Of a stretch of 64,000 nucleotides of DNA, positions 63,161 to 64,000 are shown one piece after another. Source of the DNA: Armatimonadota bacterium (lineage in GTDB: Bacteria; Armatimonadota; SYMT01). The position numbers and the translations under genes were made by a program. The DNA is taken from positions 64,001 to 128,000 of the forward strand of contig JBKBRF010000004.1 in NCBI GenBank assembly GCA_046292385.1, written 5' to 3'. How positions within the stretch are numbered: the stretch's first letter is position 1; every line of letters starts with the position of its first letter. A model generated the notes under the pieces. The model was not told where the DNA came from. It ran no database searches and saw nothing but the letters and a program-made list of their open reading frames with translations.

Positions 63161-63532
63161 CTACTCGCCGGTGGTCGTTCCGGTGTCGGTTCCGGTCGTT
63201 CCGCTATCCGTGGCGCCGCTGTCGGTCGCCGGGGGCGTGATGTTGATATCGGTGTCGCCGGCCGGGGCACCCGGGGCGCCCGGAGCACCCTGCGGTCCCG
63301 CGGGACCCTGCGGGCCCGGCACCGGCACCGGGATGATCGAAGGCGACGGACTCGGCTGCGGATTCGACGGCTGGACGATCGTCACGTCCCCGCCCCGGTC
63401 CGGGGTCTCGGCGTTGACACGCGGCTGCCACCAGGCGAAATATCCAATCAGCAGCGCGAACAGGGCTACGACCAGAACGATCGCCATGGTCCCCCACGCG
63501 GAGCTGTCATCGTCTCGATAAACTACAGGCAT
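63161..63532 (-). CDS. Small single-TM protein with short collagen-like Gly-X-Y stretch
   Basis: TM AIVLVVALFALLIGYFAWW, then GPQGPAGPQGAPGAPGAP and a Thr/Gly-rich tail. AGAGGG RBS. Confidence 0.7.
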   Translation of the reverse strand: MPVVYRDDDSSAWGTMAIVLVVALFALLIGYFAWWQPRVNAETPDRGGDVTIVQPSNPQPSPSPSIIPVPVPGPQGPAGPQGAPGAPGAPAGDTDINITPPATDSGATDSGTTGTDTGTTTGE

Positions 63533-63705
63533 CTTGTGTTCCCTCTTTCAGAGGTCCGCCCCACGGCGGCTCCGGCCGTTGATACCCGGGCGCTGGTGGC
63601 GGTAAACGTGACCCGGAGATCAATCCGCTCCCCTCGGGACGGTGCGACTGTTTCCAGGAGAGATGCCGCTCTCTCCGGCCCTGTGGCAGTGGCGGCCCGG
63701 CTTCC

Positions 63706-64000
63706 ATGAATCCGGCCGTCCGGCTCCGAGTGGCCACCTTCAACATCCACGGCGGGCGCCCGGCCCGGGGACCGGCCGACCTGCGCGCGGTCGCCCGCGT
63801 GATCCGCGAGCTGGAAGCGGACGTGGTAGGCCTTCAGGAAGTGCACCGCTGGCTGCCGCCGCCGTACGTCTTCCGGAATCAACCTCGAATCCTCGCCTCG
63901 CTCACCGGGATGCACGTCACCTTCCGTCCCAGCTTCGCGCTGGGACCGCTGGCGTACGGCAACGCCATTCTCAGCCGGAATCGGCCGGAGCGGGCCGCGC
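63706..64000 (+). CDS. Endonuclease/exonuclease/phosphatase family protein (truncated by window edge)
   Basis: Manual translation gives LRVATFNIHGG...ADVVGLQEVHR...YGNAILSR. Confidence 0.88.
   Translation, partial: MNPAVRLRVATFNIHGGRPARGPADLRAVARVIRELEADVVGLQEVHRWLPPPYVFRNQPRILASLTGMHVTFRPSFALGPLAYGNAILSRNRPERAA

Overview
This is a GC-rich bacterial window, probably Armatimonadota or a similar PVC-like lineage. That taxonomy is inferred from gene content only. From left to right it carries: alternative complex III genes (actB running off the left edge, actA) with a fused heme A/heme O synthase; an ABC-2 exporter; a lower-GC Rhs polymorphic-toxin island; a multi-PAS hybrid kinase; lipoate ligase and gcvH; a liv ABC operon interrupted by a Tat-exported pyrophosphatase/phosphodiesterase; a homocysteine S-methyltransferase with a degenerate NikR; TPR, NUDIX, NIPSNAP and LOG genes; two Planctomycete-type DUF1549/DUF1553/DUF1501 modules; a sulfatase-fold protein, an M15 peptidase, Uma2, ispG and an LVIVD protein; a complete F1Fo ATP synthase operon preceded by an aspartate kinase with an extra N-terminal ACT pair; and small hypotheticals ending in a truncated EEP gene. 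The most notable feature is the Rhs island (about 8.4-13.5 kb). It has two toxin-tip/immunity cassettes and a membrane-anchored TPR + C39-like protease gene whose Cys and His/Asp catalytic residues are put out of frame across a 4x7-bp repeat. The island is bracketed by a 36-bp direct repeat of that gene's 3' end. Also notable are a secreted protein with two tandem ependymin-like domains, a NikR lacking all nickel ligands, an ATP synthase subunit a with a large His-rich N-terminal extension, and several families of microsatellite-armed and REP-like intergenic elements. No rRNA, tRNA, CRISPR array or transposase was recognised. Family assignments come from motif recall, not database searches.
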